Position numbers and translations under genes: made by a program. Source: Pseudomonadota bacterium (GTDB taxonomy: Bacteria > UBA10199 > 2-02-FULL-44-16 > JAAZCA01). Taken from it: DNA of 36,666 nucleotides. The stretch spans positions 1-36,666 of the forward strand of contig JAZDOG010000024.1 in assembly GCA_043798915.1 (NCBI GenBank), given 5' to 3'. Position 1 is the stretch's first letter, and each line of letters begins with the position of its first letter. This document shows, piece by piece, positions 1-9,236 of this stretch. The notes under the pieces were generated by a model. It was given only the letters and a program-made list of their open reading frames with translations. It was not told the origin of the DNA and did no database searches.

Positions 1-584
1 AGGTGCACCCGCGCTCCCAGAGGAAACTTTGCCAGCGCATCGCGCACGGACTGCCCCCAGGCCTCAACAAATTCCGGCCTCTCATACAACGGACCCGCAA
101 TGCGGGCGCAGACGCCCCGGCATTTCGGCAGGGCGAGAACGCGCTTTAGCTCGGCCTCGACCGTGCCAGTCGTTGGCGCCGCCCGGTGCGGGAAGAGCGG
201 AACAACTGTGACGTCGGTGATTCCGGCGCCGGCGATTTGCGCAAAGGCATTTTCCATCGAGGGCTCGCCATAGCGCATCGCATGGATGGCCTTCACCTCC
301 CCCATCCCCATCACATCCAGCCGCCTCCTCAATCTGTCAGTCAAACCCTCGATCATCTGAAGCGACGCGGGCCTTTCCGCGACGCTCGAATATCGCCGCC
401 TCGATTTCGCTGCAGCGAGGGCGGCCATCGCCTGCGCCAAATACGGAGAGAGGCGCGGCCATCGCGCGAACGGAGAGGATGCGGGATCGGCGAAGATCTC
501 GGCGAGGAACCGGCGCGGACTTGCCGGATCGGAAGGAGAGCCGAATCCCACGAGGACTACGGTTTTTTGAAACTCTGCTGGCAT
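1..584 (-). CDS. hemH: Ferrochelatase, 3' end runs off the window
   Basis: Not in the ORF track. Hand translation from ATG at 584 gives MPAEFQKTVVLVGFGSP..RRFLAEIFADP..AMRYGEPSM..VVPLFPH..TTGTV..LYERPEFVEAWGQSVRDALAKF, matching ferrochelatase motifs (LxxxGxP, MRYGxP, PLxP). The frame is open to the window edge. Confidence 0.85.
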   Translation of the reverse strand, partial: MPAEFQKTVVLVGFGSPSDPASPRRFLAEIFADPASSPFARWPRLSPYLAQAMAALAAAKSRRRYSSVAERPASLQMIEGLTDRLRRRLDVMGMGEVKAIHAMRYGEPSMENAFAQIAGAGITDVTVVPLFPHRAAPTTGTVEAELKRVLALPKCRGVCARIAGPLYERPEFVEAWGQSVRDALAKFPLGARVH

Positions 585-585
585 A

Positions 586-1305
586 TCACGGCCTGAAGTG
601 TGCGGCTTTTGAATCGACTGAGACTATAGCCGAGGTGGAATACTCCGGCACCATCTGGCATGTCTTCGTGAGGGAGACGCCTATCCTTCCGGGCTTGAGG
701 AGCGCGGCGATCTTCTTCTGGTCCAGTATATCCGGGAAGACCGGGTAGCCCGGACTGAATCGCTCTCCGGCATCCGCCCCGGCGCCCAGCTCTTCCCTGA
801 TCAGGCGATGGCAGAACGCGGCCGCCGCCGCCGCCGCCGCCGCGGCGAGCCCCTTCAGGAAGAACATCTCGCTGTACTCATGCCTTGCGAACAGATCCGC
901 CCCGGCCTCCGTGACCTTCCCGCCCGCTGTGACGAGCTGCATCGCCACAAAACCTTCCGGGAAAAAATCGGCCAGGCACCTGTGGGGCTCCTGGCGCTCG
1001 CGCGGAAAATCGAACCTGAATGAGCGCGCCCCATCAGTGACGATCAGGCCGTTTCCCTGCTGCCTGCATTCGAAGTAACCGTAGACGGCCATCGGCCTGA
1101 TGATCGACTTCGCCCTGCAGACGGAGAGCAGCCTCTCGAACGTGGGGATCGCGCGCTCCTGTTTGAGTTTTTCCCATTCCTCCGGGCCCATCCCCTGGCG
1201 GAATTGCCAGCGGCCCGCGAAGAGCGCCTCGCGGTCGATGAGCGGCTCGATGTCGTCGAGCGTGATTCCATCCAGTATCTTTGTGCCGAAAAAAGGTGGG
1301 TTCAT
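586..1305 (-). CDS. Stand-alone B12-dependent methionine synthase activation (AdoMet-binding) domain
   Basis: PPFFG N-terminus, FDFPR..CLADFF, LVTAG, RFSPGYP..PD and PEYSTSAI motifs. Overlaps the upstream metH ORF by ATGA. Confidence 0.9.
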   Translation of the reverse strand: MNPPFFGTKILDGITLDDIEPLIDREALFAGRWQFRQGMGPEEWEKLKQERAIPTFERLLSVCRAKSIIRPMAVYGYFECRQQGNGLIVTDGARSFRFDFPRERQEPHRCLADFFPEGFVAMQLVTAGGKVTEAGADLFARHEYSEMFFLKGLAAAAAAAAAAFCHRLIREELGAGADAGERFSPGYPVFPDILDQKKIAALLKPGRIGVSLTKTCQMVPEYSTSAIVSVDSKAAHFRP

Positions 1306-3821
1306 ATCCGGCTTTTTACGATCTCCTCCATCGCCATGAGTCCGGCGAATGCGTCGGAGCAGTAGTAGATGCGTCCGCCATATGCCTTCGAGAGCGTCTT
1401 CTCCGCGAACGACCTTGTGAGCGCGGCGCCGCCGCAGAGCACTGGCAGCCCCAAGCCGTTTTCACGGAAGATCTCCAGGTCCTCCCTCATCACCTCGGTC
1501 GATTTCACGAGCAGACCCGAGAGGCCGATCGCATCCGCGCCGTGTTTTCGCACCGCCTCCATGATCGCCGCCGCGGTCTGGCGAATCCCCAGATTCACGA
1601 CGCGGAACCCGTTGTTGGAGAGGATCGCATCGACCAGGTTCTTTCCGATATCGTGGACATCCTCCCTGACCGTCGCGAGGACGATCGTCCCTTTGCCGGC
1701 ATCTTCGCCGGCGGCCATGTGCGGCGCAAGGATATCCGTCGCTGTTCTCATCGCCTCCGCGGATGCCAGCACGAACGGCAGAGGGAGGCACGCCTCGCCG
1801 AACCGGCGGCCGACCTCCTGCATGGCAGGCATCAATATCCTGTTGATTATGTCCGCCGGGCTCATCCTCTCCAGGAGATTGTCCAATATGGCGCTAAATC
1901 CTTCGCTGCTGCCATCGAGGATCCGCTTCTTGAGCAGGTTTTCCGGCGTCCGGGAGGCCTTCGAGATGTCGGGCGCCGCAAAATCCTCGGCGCTCTTCTG
2001 TTTCGTGTGCTTGATCAGATCCATCAGGGGGTCGCCCCTGGTCGTGTCGTTGTTGATGAGGCGCTCGCAGAGCTTTGCCTCTTCCTTCGGAATCCGATGG
2101 AGCGGCATGATCCTCGACGGATTTATGATCGCGGCATCGAGGCCCGCCTCCACGGCCCTGTTGAGGAAGACGCTCGTGAGCACCTTTCTCCCTTTTAGCG
2201 GGAGCCCGAAGGAGATGTTGCTGACGCCAAGGATCGTCCGGACGCCCTTGATGTGAGACTTGATCAGGCGCAGACCTTCGAGCGTCTTGAGGCCCGCCTT
2301 GCGAAGGTTCGCGTCGCCGCTGGCCAGCGTGAACGTGAGAGGATCGATGAGGAGATCCGAAGCGTCGAGCCCCTCCGCGAGCGCCATATCCACGATCCGG
2401 CGGGCCACGTCGAGCTTCGCACCGGGCTCCCGCGCCATTCCGTTTTCGTCGATGACAAGCGCCACCACTGCGGCGCCGAAGCGGCGCGCGATCGCGATGA
2501 TCCTCTTCGCCTTCTCTCCCCCGTCCTCGAGATTTATCGAGTTGATGATCGCACGGCCAGGGATGAGCGAGAGCGCATCTTCGATCGCGTCGGGGTTTGT
2601 CGAGTCGATCATCAGGGAGGCCGACACCTTGACGACCAACCTCCTCACGAGTTCGGCCATATCCTTCCGCTCATCCCTTCCGGCGTAGGCGACGCAGACG
2701 TCGATCGCATGACATGATCCGGCGGCGCGGCGGCCGACCTCGGCCATCGCATCGTAGTCCGATTTCAGGAGGAGCTCCTTGAAGGCCTTCGATCCGTTGA
2801 CGTTCGCCTGCTCGGCGACGATGAAGGGTCTGGGCTCCTGATCCAGGGCTGTTGCGGTGTAGATGCTGGAGACCATCGGGCCTGTTTTTTTTGATTTTCG
2901 AGTACCGATTTTCGAGTCCCGAGTCACGGCTTTTGCCAGCGCCGCGATGTGCGCCGGCGTCGTGCCGCAGCACCCCCCCACTATCGCGAGGCCGAAGCGG
3001 CCCGCGAGATCTCCGAGCGCGCGCGCGAAGCCTTCCGCCTCCAGCGGATAGCGCGGTCTGCCGTCGACGTTCTCCGGCATCCCGGCATTCGGCCGGCAGA
3101 TGATGGGTATGGATGAAGCCAGGACAAGCTCGTGGAGGTATTCCTCCATCGCCTCGGGGCCCGTGGAGCAGTTCACGCCAAAGGCATTTGGCCTATACGG
3201 GGCTATCGAGGCGAGAGCCGCCGTGATCTCGGTTCCGAGGAGCATCGTGCCGCTCTTTTCGATCGTGACGGATACGATGAGGGGAATCCTTCGCCCGGTG
3301 CGCCCGGAAGCGCTGAGGGCGGCCGCGGCGGCCGCCTTCGCCTGCAGCGGATCCTGGCAGGTCGACAGGATGATCAGGTCCGAGCCGCCGTGGATAAGCG
3401 CCACCGCCTGTTCCTCATAGGCCGCGAAGAGCTCCGCAAAAGAGATGTGGCCCAGGGTGGGCAGCTTCGATGTGGGGCCCATCTCCCCCGCCACGAGCCT
3501 CGGGCGGGCCGAGGTCGAGGCCTTGTCCGCAGCCGCCCGCGCGATGGTGACAGCGGCCCGGTTGATGTCGGCGATCCTGTCGGAGAGGCCGTGGTCGGCA
3601 AGCGTCACACGCGAAGCGCCGAATGTGTTCGTGGTGATGATGTCTGCGCCCGCATCGAGGTATTGCCTGTGTATGTCTGAGATGACCCCGGGGCTCGTGA
3701 GATTTGCCTCTTCGTTGCAGGATACGGAGATACCCATATCGTGCAGCATGGTGCCCATGGCGCCGTCGAAGATGAGAGAGCGCGCCCCGATCATGCTATG
3801 AAATTGATTCGCCGTAAGCAT
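1302..3821 (-). CDS. metH: Cobalamin-dependent methionine synthase (Hcy, pterin, cap and B12 domains; no activation domain)
   Basis: DGAMGT, GVNCSTGP, GGCCGTTP (Zn ligands), NVNGSK, IDS..INSINLEDG, GVSNISFGLP, DVHDIGKN (B12-binding His), GLSGLL. Confidence 0.95.
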   Translation of the reverse strand: MLTANQFHSMIGARSLIFDGAMGTMLHDMGISVSCNEEANLTSPGVISDIHRQYLDAGADIITTNTFGASRVTLADHGLSDRIADINRAAVTIARAAADKASTSARPRLVAGEMGPTSKLPTLGHISFAELFAAYEEQAVALIHGGSDLIILSTCQDPLQAKAAAAAALSASGRTGRRIPLIVSVTIEKSGTMLLGTEITAALASIAPYRPNAFGVNCSTGPEAMEEYLHELVLASSIPIICRPNAGMPENVDGRPRYPLEAEGFARALGDLAGRFGLAIVGGCCGTTPAHIAALAKAVTRDSKIGTRKSKKTGPMVSSIYTATALDQEPRPFIVAEQANVNGSKAFKELLLKSDYDAMAEVGRRAAGSCHAIDVCVAYAGRDERKDMAELVRRLVVKVSASLMIDSTNPDAIEDALSLIPGRAIINSINLEDGGEKAKRIIAIARRFGAAVVALVIDENGMAREPGAKLDVARRIVDMALAEGLDASDLLIDPLTFTLASGDANLRKAGLKTLEGLRLIKSHIKGVRTILGVSNISFGLPLKGRKVLTSVFLNRAVEAGLDAAIINPSRIMPLHRIPKEEAKLCERLINNDTTRGDPLMDLIKHTKQKSAEDFAAPDISKASRTPENLLKKRILDGSSEGFSAILDNLLERMSPADIINRILMPAMQEVGRRFGEACLPLPFVLASAEAMRTATDILAPHMAAGEDAGKGTIVLATVREDVHDIGKNLVDAILSNNGFRVVNLGIRQTAAAIMEAVRKHGADAIGLSGLLVKSTEVMREDLEIFRENGLGLPVLCGGAALTRSFAEKTLSKAYGGRIYYCSDAFAGLMAMEEIVKSRI

Positions 3822-3874
3822 CGCGGCAATGGACTAGCACGCAGGTCTGGATGAGGCAAGCGGGAGATGATGGA

Positions 3875-4675
3875 TTATTCTTTCCTGCGCAGCAGGGCCA
3901 GCGCTGCCGCAGCGAGAAATCCCATCGCTGCCCAGGGCAGAGGAACCGCTGAAGCGACGAGGAGCGAGCAGCCTCCTCCGGCGCCGTTTCCCTGGATGTG
4001 CTCGCCCGGAACCGTCTGGGGCCCCAGGGTCGGATTGGTCGACGGCTGGGCTGCGATGGCCGGCTGGGTTGCGGGCTTGGCCGTCCGGCACGCGTCGCCG
4101 ATCTTGTCGCCCACGCTGTCCTTCTGGTCCGGATTCGCCACAGAGAGGCAATTGTCGCACACGTCGCCGATGCCGTCCCCATCCGTATCTTCCTGCAACG
4201 GATTGTATGCGGTCGGGCAGTTGTCGATCGGGTCTTCGAAGCCGTCATGGTCGGTATCGACACAGGCCTTCGGATCCTGATCGGGGTTATACGTGGCCCT
4301 GCAATTATCACGCCAGTCCGGGATGCCGTCTCTATCGGTGTCGTCGCAGGCGTCGCCGTCGCCGTTGTCGTTCCAGTCCATCTGGTTTCCCGCCAGGATC
4401 TCCTTCTCGGTCGCCCTTCCGTCCCCGTCGATATCACAGTTGAGAGGATCGGTGTCGCAATTGCCGTTCCTGACGTTGGGGCAGTTGTCGACCGGATCGC
4501 CGTCCGGCAGGCCGTCATGGTTGTAGTCGTTCATGTCGGAATAGTCGATGACGCCATCGCAGTCCGAATCCGAATATTTGACGCCATCCTTGATGACCGT
4601 GCATCCTGCACGAGCCGCAGCCGGCGCCAGGATCACCATACATGCGAGGGCGATGAGCAGCAGCAGCTTTTTCAC
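3875..4675 (-). CDS. Secreted TSP3 repeat protein with MYXO-CTERM-like tail
   Basis: Signal peptide [12 protein letters not shown]..; repeated DNCP..NPxQxDxDGDGIGDxC; ends GGGCSL + hydrophobic helix + RRKE. GTG start overlaps the upstream stop (GTGA). Confidence 0.85.
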   Translation of the reverse strand: MKKLLLLIALACMVILAPAAARAGCTVIKDGVKYSDSDCDGVIDYSDMNDYNHDGLPDGDPVDNCPNVRNGNCDTDPLNCDIDGDGRATEKEILAGNQMDWNDNGDGDACDDTDRDGIPDWRDNCRATYNPDQDPKACVDTDHDGFEDPIDNCPTAYNPLQEDTDGDGIGDVCDNCLSVANPDQKDSVGDKIGDACRTAKPATQPAIAAQPSTNPTLGPQTVPGEHIQGNGAGGGCSLLVASAVPLPWAAMGFLAAAALALLRRKE

Positions 4676-5544
4676 GCGGCTCTCCTTCTGACTGCAACGA
4701 TGCAGAGCGAAGAGAGGCAGGCGATCAAGGCAAACGCCGAACTCGCCTCCCCGGCAGCGCCCGGAATCAGCACGCAGCCATCGTTATAACTCGTCGCAGC
4801 CGTCTGTGGCTGCGTGGTGGTTACGCCTGGCGCGGGTGTCGTGTTCGGCGAGCCTCCGCCGCTGGTCCGGCACGCATCGCCGATGCCGTCGCCGACGCTG
4901 TCCTTCTGATCCGAATTTGCCACGTCTGGGCAAATATCGCAGGCGTCGCCGATCCCATCTCCATCGGTGTCCTCCTGATTCGGATTATATACATCCTTGC
5001 AGTTGTCTCTGGCGTCCATAACCTTATCGTGATCGCTGTCGGTGCATGCACCCGAGTCCTGTTTTCCGTTGGCATCGGGCGGATTCGCCACTTCAGGGCA
5101 ACTGTCGAAATAGTCGAGGACGGCATCCTTGTCGGAATCTTCACAGGCATCGCCGATCCCGTTATTATTCCAATCCGCCTGGTTGCCGGCAGCGAGCTCT
5201 TCCTTGGTCACCAGGCCGTCCCCGTCGACGTCGCAATTGAGTTCATCTGCCGAACAATCGCCGTTCTTGACGGCGGGACAGTTGTCGATGAGAACGCCAT
5301 TGGCATCCTTGTCAGCGACGCCATCCTGGTCGGTATCAACAAGCGGAGGCGCGTTGTTCGGCTCCGGCGGCGGCTGGGGTTGCTGGGCGGGCTCAGTCGG
5401 AGCGGGTGCTGGACAAGTGCCCAACAGCACGCACAATTTTGGAGGCGCCATAACGGTATGTGTATTCGCTCGCGCGACCGATGGCAATAGCAAGCACAGC
5501 AAACCTGCCATCGTTATAATGATAGTGGCGCATGACTTCTTCAC
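4672..5544 (-). CDS. Secreted TSP3 repeat protein with MYXO-CTERM-like tail (paralog of 3875-4675)
   Basis: Signal peptide, Pro/Gln linker, TSP3 repeats, Thr/Pro linker, DGCVL + hydrophobic helix + RRRAA. GTG start with AAGGAGG SD. Confidence 0.85.
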   Translation of the reverse strand: MKKSCATIIITMAGLLCLLLPSVARANTHTVMAPPKLCVLLGTCPAPAPTEPAQQPQPPPEPNNAPPLVDTDQDGVADKDANGVLIDNCPAVKNGDCSADELNCDVDGDGLVTKEELAAGNQADWNNNGIGDACEDSDKDAVLDYFDSCPEVANPPDANGKQDSGACTDSDHDKVMDARDNCKDVYNPNQEDTDGDGIGDACDICPDVANSDQKDSVGDGIGDACRTSGGGSPNTTPAPGVTTTQPQTAATSYNDGCVLIPGAAGEASSAFALIACLSSLCIVAVRRRAA

Positions 5545-5614
5545 GATTCCTCCTTTTGCCGCCTGTATACCGACATCTTAAGGTCGATGCCCGAAGCGGC
5601 TTTCCCCACTATCA

Positions 5615-5641
5615 TTATCGGCAGGAGTTGGAAAAAGTTGC
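5615..5641 (-). promoter_or_regulatory. Sigma28 (FliA/SigD)-like promoter candidate
   Basis: Minus strand GCAACTTT-N11-GCCGATAA: exact sigma28 -10 element, canonical spacing, divergent -35 (consensus TAAAGTTT). Lies about 70 bp upstream of the 5544 start. Confidence 0.6.
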
Positions 5642-5721
5642 TTGATTAATGATGGGAAGGGCCAGAATATTTTGGCCTCTGAAGCGATCTAAGGGATATT
5701 TATCAGTAATTTCAATGAGTT

Positions 5722-5750
5722 AAAAAAGACCCCGCTAAAGCGGGGCCTTT
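5722..5750 (-). terminator. Intrinsic terminator of the 5774-6868 gene
   Basis: Minus strand AAAGGCCCCGC-TTTA-GCGGGGTCTTTTTT: GC stem plus U-tract about 25 bp after the stop. Confidence 0.8.
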
Positions 5751-5773
5751 GGAAAATCTGCATATATCCGGGC

Positions 5774-6868
5774 TTATTTGCGCCTGCGCGCAATGGGCAG
5801 AAGGGCCGCGCCCAGGAGGAGGAATACGAGGGGATTTGCGCCGGCAAGACCGATCAGGCTGCATCCGCCACTATCCATGAAGCCATCCGGTATGGTCACA
5901 TCAGCCGTGGCCGGACAGCCGTTGAGTTCTATGCCTGCGACGGTCGGGCACTTGTCCGCCGAATCCGGAAAACCATCTTTGTCGGTGTCGGGAATCGCGG
6001 CGGTGGCCGGACAGCCGTCGGGAGCAACGCCTGCGACGATCGGGCACTTGTCCACCGAATCCGGAATTCCATCTTTGTCGGTGTCGGGATCGGGATCGGG
6101 ATTCGCGGCCGGGGTCACGGCCGGGGTCTCGCAACCGTACGGGCAATTGTCCATCGTATCCGGAATTCCATCGCCGTCGCTGTCGGGGATCGCGGCAGGA
6201 CACGCATCGCCGAGGCCGTCGCCGTCGCTGTCCGCCTGATCCGGATTTGCCACGTTGAGGCAGGTGTCGTATATGTCCGGAACTTCATCGCCGTCTGTAT
6301 CTTTTGATCTGGCCAGCATGCCGTCATAAAGCACCGCGGGGCTGCTCTGCAGGGAATTTCCATTTGAATCTTCTGCCGTGAAAAGAAATTTTGCCCCCAA
6401 AGCCGAGAGGTTCGATTTAACTGTAGCCTCATCATTGCCCGTCCCGTTAAAAATATCCTGTTGCGCCACGACGCACTTGAATATCTTTAAATTGAGGTCG
6501 TACACGGGATCGCATTTTGAAATCTTCATCTCCCTTGATCCAAGGAATGATTGGAGAGTTATCTTTATCAGCCCCTTGATATCCGCAAAATCGGCATTCG
6601 TGGTCAGACGGCCGTAAAAATTGGCGTTGCCAGAATCGAACTGAATCGCGTAGTCAGCATCTTTATCAGACAATCCTTTTTGGGATGCGCCTATGATGGC
6701 GCCTATTCCCGGATTTCTTATTTGAACGAAGGTGTTTACTGCGACCTTTCCACTGATAATCCGGTCGGTAATCTTCATATGAACAGGGTTCACGCTCTTT
6801 CCACTGGCCAGCTGGCTGAGCAGCGTCGCTGCGAAGATGATGGCCAATGCGTATGCAAATTTCTTCAT
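5774..6868 (-). CDS. Secreted TSP3 repeat protein with unassigned N-terminal domain and MYXO-CTERM-like tail
   Basis: Signal peptide, about 165-aa unassigned domain, DxDGDG/DKCP repeats, SGGCSL + TM + RRRK. AAGGAGG SD. Confidence 0.85.
   Translation of the reverse strand: MKKFAYALAIIFAATLLSQLASGKSVNPVHMKITDRIISGKVAVNTFVQIRNPGIGAIIGASQKGLSDKDADYAIQFDSGNANFYGRLTTNADFADIKGLIKITLQSFLGSREMKISKCDPVYDLNLKIFKCVVAQQDIFNGTGNDEATVKSNLSALGAKFLFTAEDSNGNSLQSSPAVLYDGMLARSKDTDGDEVPDIYDTCLNVANPDQADSDGDGLGDACPAAIPDSDGDGIPDTMDNCPYGCETPAVTPAANPDPDPDTDKDGIPDSVDKCPIVAGVAPDGCPATAAIPDTDKDGFPDSADKCPTVAGIELNGCPATADVTIPDGFMDSGGCSLIGLAGANPLVFLLLGAALLPIARRRK
5906..6090. repeat. Intragenic 96-bp tandem duplication (two 32-aa TSP3-type units)
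   Basis: [30 protein letters not shown] versus [33 protein letters not shown] near-identical with a 96-bp period. Confidence 0.85.
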
Positions 6869-6903
6869 GATTGCCTCCTTGAAATACCTCTGCCCAGTAC
6901 AAA

Positions 6904-6919
6904 TGCAAGTATTATGCCA
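6904..6919 (-). promoter_or_regulatory. Sigma54 (-24/-12) promoter candidate
   Basis: Minus strand TGGCATAATACTTGCA = GG-N10-GC with TGGCA and TTGCA elements, 35 bp upstream of the 6868 start. Confidence 0.75.
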
Positions 6920-7081
6920 TTTTACAGGTCAACCAAGGCATTGTTTTTAAAGGCATATTTAATTGGAGTATCGTTGCCGGCAAATGTTCAACCCCCCATC
7001 CTTGAGGGGTGCAGTCACCGGCACGATCCCCCACAATGTTTCGCTGGAAATGTGTGCGGACCTACTGTAGGGACTCGGGCC

Positions 7082-7813
7082 ATGCATACCGCCACCCATA
7101 GAATCCTCATCACCGGCGCGACCGGCGTCATAGGCGGCGCCGTGGCGCGCTCGCTTGCCCGCCCCGGCGTCACGGCCGTGCTCCAGTGCATGTCCGCCGA
7201 GGAAAAGGCAGCGGGGCTCAAAAAGGATGTGGAAGAGGCCGGCGCTGCGGCCCACGTCGTGTGTGCCGACTTCGCGTCGGTCGAAGGTTCGAAGGAGATC
7301 GTCGCCCGGGCAGCCAAACTGATGGGCGGCCTGGATCTTCTCGTCCACGCCGCGGCCGTGTTCGAAAGGACGCCGTTCGGCGAGGTGACCGGAGATCAAT
7401 GGGAGAAAATAATCGCGGTCGATCTCAGGGCCGCATTTTTCATCGCGCAGGAGGCAGGCATCGCTATGCAGCGGGAGGGAGGCAGGATGATCTTTCTCTC
7501 GGATGTCGCAGCGGTGAAGCCGTACGCCGGCTATCTGCCGTACTGCATCGCCAAGGCGGGCATCGACGCGCTCGTGCGCGGGCTTGCAAAGTCCCTGGCG
7601 CCCAAGGTGCAGGTGAACGCGGTGGCGCCATATGTCGTGACGAGGCCTTCGGGAATGACCGACAAGGGCTGGGACGACCTCCTCTCAAAGACCCCGATGC
7701 GAAGGGCCTCGAAACCGGAGGAAGTCGCGGCGGTCGTGAAGATGCTCGCGGAATCCGGCGAATCGATCACCGGCCAGGTGATCTCCGTGGATGGCGGAAG
7801 GCTCTTGAGGTGA
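7082..7813 (+). CDS. SDR oxidoreductase, pteridine reductase (FolM/PTR1)-like
   Basis: TGATGVIG Rossmann motif, HAAAVF, D..KPYAGYLPYCIAK (YxxxK), VNAVAP, ITGQVISVDGG. Start trimmed to ATG 7082. Confidence 0.75.
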   Translation: MHTATHRILITGATGVIGGAVARSLARPGVTAVLQCMSAEEKAAGLKKDVEEAGAAAHVVCADFASVEGSKEIVARAAKLMGGLDLLVHAAAVFERTPFGEVTGDQWEKIIAVDLRAAFFIAQEAGIAMQREGGRMIFLSDVAAVKPYAGYLPYCIAKAGIDALVRGLAKSLAPKVQVNAVAPYVVTRPSGMTDKGWDDLLSKTPMRRASKPEEVAAVVKMLAESGESITGQVISVDGGRLLR

Positions 7814-7816
7814 CAA

Positions 7817-8221
7817 ATGTATACCGTATCCAAGACATTCTCGTTCTGTTACGGGCACCGGCTCGTTGGCGACAAGGGCAAGTGCCGGCATCTGCACGGC
7901 CACTCTGCCCGCGCCACATTCATCCTGGGCGGCGAGGGGCTCGATCGGCGCGGCATGGTCTGCCACTTCGACCGTCTCAAAGAGACGGTTGGCGCCTGGA
8001 TCGCAGAGAACCTCGACCACACGATGCTTCTGGCCCGCGACGACAGCGTCGCAAAGCTCCTCGCCGATGCGGAAGAGAAACTCTGCCTGATGAACGGAAA
8101 CCCAACGGCCGAAAATATCGCCCGCCTCCTGTTCGAGAGGGCGGAGGGCTTCAATCTGCCTGTGCTGAGGGTTGAGGTGTGGGAATCGGATACATCCAAG
8201 GCTACGTTTGAAAAAAACTGA
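7817..8221 (+). CDS. queD: 6-carboxytetrahydropterin synthase / 6-pyruvoyltetrahydropterin synthase family
   Basis: FSFCYGHRL, CRHLHGH (Cx3HGH), LDH, NPTAENIA, VWES motifs. Confidence 0.85.
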   Translation: MYTVSKTFSFCYGHRLVGDKGKCRHLHGHSARATFILGGEGLDRRGMVCHFDRLKETVGAWIAENLDHTMLLARDDSVAKLLADAEEKLCLMNGNPTAENIARLLFERAEGFNLPVLRVEVWESDTSKATFEKN

Positions 8222-8234
8222 CTGACACCAGCTA

Positions 8235-8870
8235 TCAGCTTTCAGATGAAGAAATAAACCACTTCGACCACTTTCCTTCTAACTTCACGACCAGCCAGAA
8301 GCACAGCGCGGCGCTTAAGAAACCCGCGGCGACGTCTGCGACGTAGTGCTGTTTGACCAGGACGACCGATACGGCGACCACGGCGGTCATCGCCGCCAGG
8401 ACCCACCGCATGACCGCGTGGTTTCTCCACATGGCTAGCGTCACCAGCGTCGGATAGGTGACGTGCAGCGACGGGAAACAATTATATGGAAGGTCGATGA
8501 TGTAGAAAAACCCGGTGACGGCGGCGGATGTGCCCGAGAGGCCGGCAAGGACGGGCCTCAGATTCATCCTCACCGGGACGAGGATGAAAAAGGAGTACGC
8601 GACAGAGGTGGCGAGGAAAAACGAGATGACGACGCGCCGCCAGTCATCCGGATCATCTATGATGCAGGCCAGCGCGACGCTCAAGTAGACCAGGATGTAT
8701 CCGAAGATGAAGATGGGAACGAATGGTATGGCCGCGTCGAACCTCGTGGACAGGTCGAAGAAGCCGTCCCTTCTGGCAGAAAACCAGTTGATCGCAAGAT
8801 AGCCGAAGGTGAAATAGCCCACCATGCAGAGAAACGAAATCAGCTTTTTTCGCTTTTGAGCTTCAGTCAC
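8235..8870 (-). CDS. PAP2-superfamily membrane protein
   Basis: Multiple TM helices; NCFPSLHV and KQHYVADV motifs. Start moved to GTG 8870 because AAGGAGG lies 6 nt upstream. Confidence 0.8.
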   Translation of the reverse strand: MTEAQKRKKLISFLCMVGYFTFGYLAINWFSARRDGFFDLSTRFDAAIPFVPIFIFGYILVYLSVALACIIDDPDDWRRVVISFFLATSVAYSFFILVPVRMNLRPVLAGLSGTSAAVTGFFYIIDLPYNCFPSLHVTYPTLVTLAMWRNHAVMRWVLAAMTAVVAVSVVLVKQHYVADVAAGFLSAALCFWLVVKLEGKWSKWFISSSES

Positions 8871-8996
8871 ACCGATCCTCCTTGCGATTTTTTGATAATA
8901 GAAAAACCCGCTCTTTTTGCCAAGGTTTTTGACCTTGCGCCAGAGAGGCCGCAATGCTAGCGTTGCGGCCTTGCTGACAACGGAGAGGGAGGCAAC

Positions 8997-9224
8997 ATGG
9001 ACAGGAAAGCCGTCGAGAAGGTCCTCAAGGAAAAGATAGGCCCGAAGCTTGCGGCTGACGGCGGAGGGGTGGAACTCGTCAAAATCAAGCCTGACAACAC
9101 GGTCGTGGTGAAGCTGACCGGCGCCTGCGGCTGCTGTCCCTTCTCGCTCATGACGCTGAAGTCCGGGGTTGAGGCCGAGCTGAAACTGGCATTCCCCGAG
9201 GTGAAGGAAGTGATAACGGCCTGA
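8997..9224 (+). CDS. NifU/NfuA C-terminal domain Fe-S carrier protein
   Basis: IGPKLAADGGGVELV..LTGACGCCP..TLKSGVE (CxxC). GGAGG SD. Confidence 0.9.
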   Translation: MDRKAVEKVLKEKIGPKLAADGGGVELVKIKPDNTVVVKLTGACGCCPFSLMTLKSGVEAELKLAFPEVKEVITA

Positions 9225-9236
9225 GTTTTTCTGTCA

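Noticed and set aside
40..70. Possible frameshift in hemH at the C5 run
   Set aside because: On recount the frame continues as WGQSVRDALAKF, which is ferrochelatase-like.
6551..7081. N-terminal extension of the SDR in the ORF track (420 aa)
   Set aside because: Overlaps the opposite-strand TSP3 gene and its promoter. The SDR fold starts just after ATG 7082.
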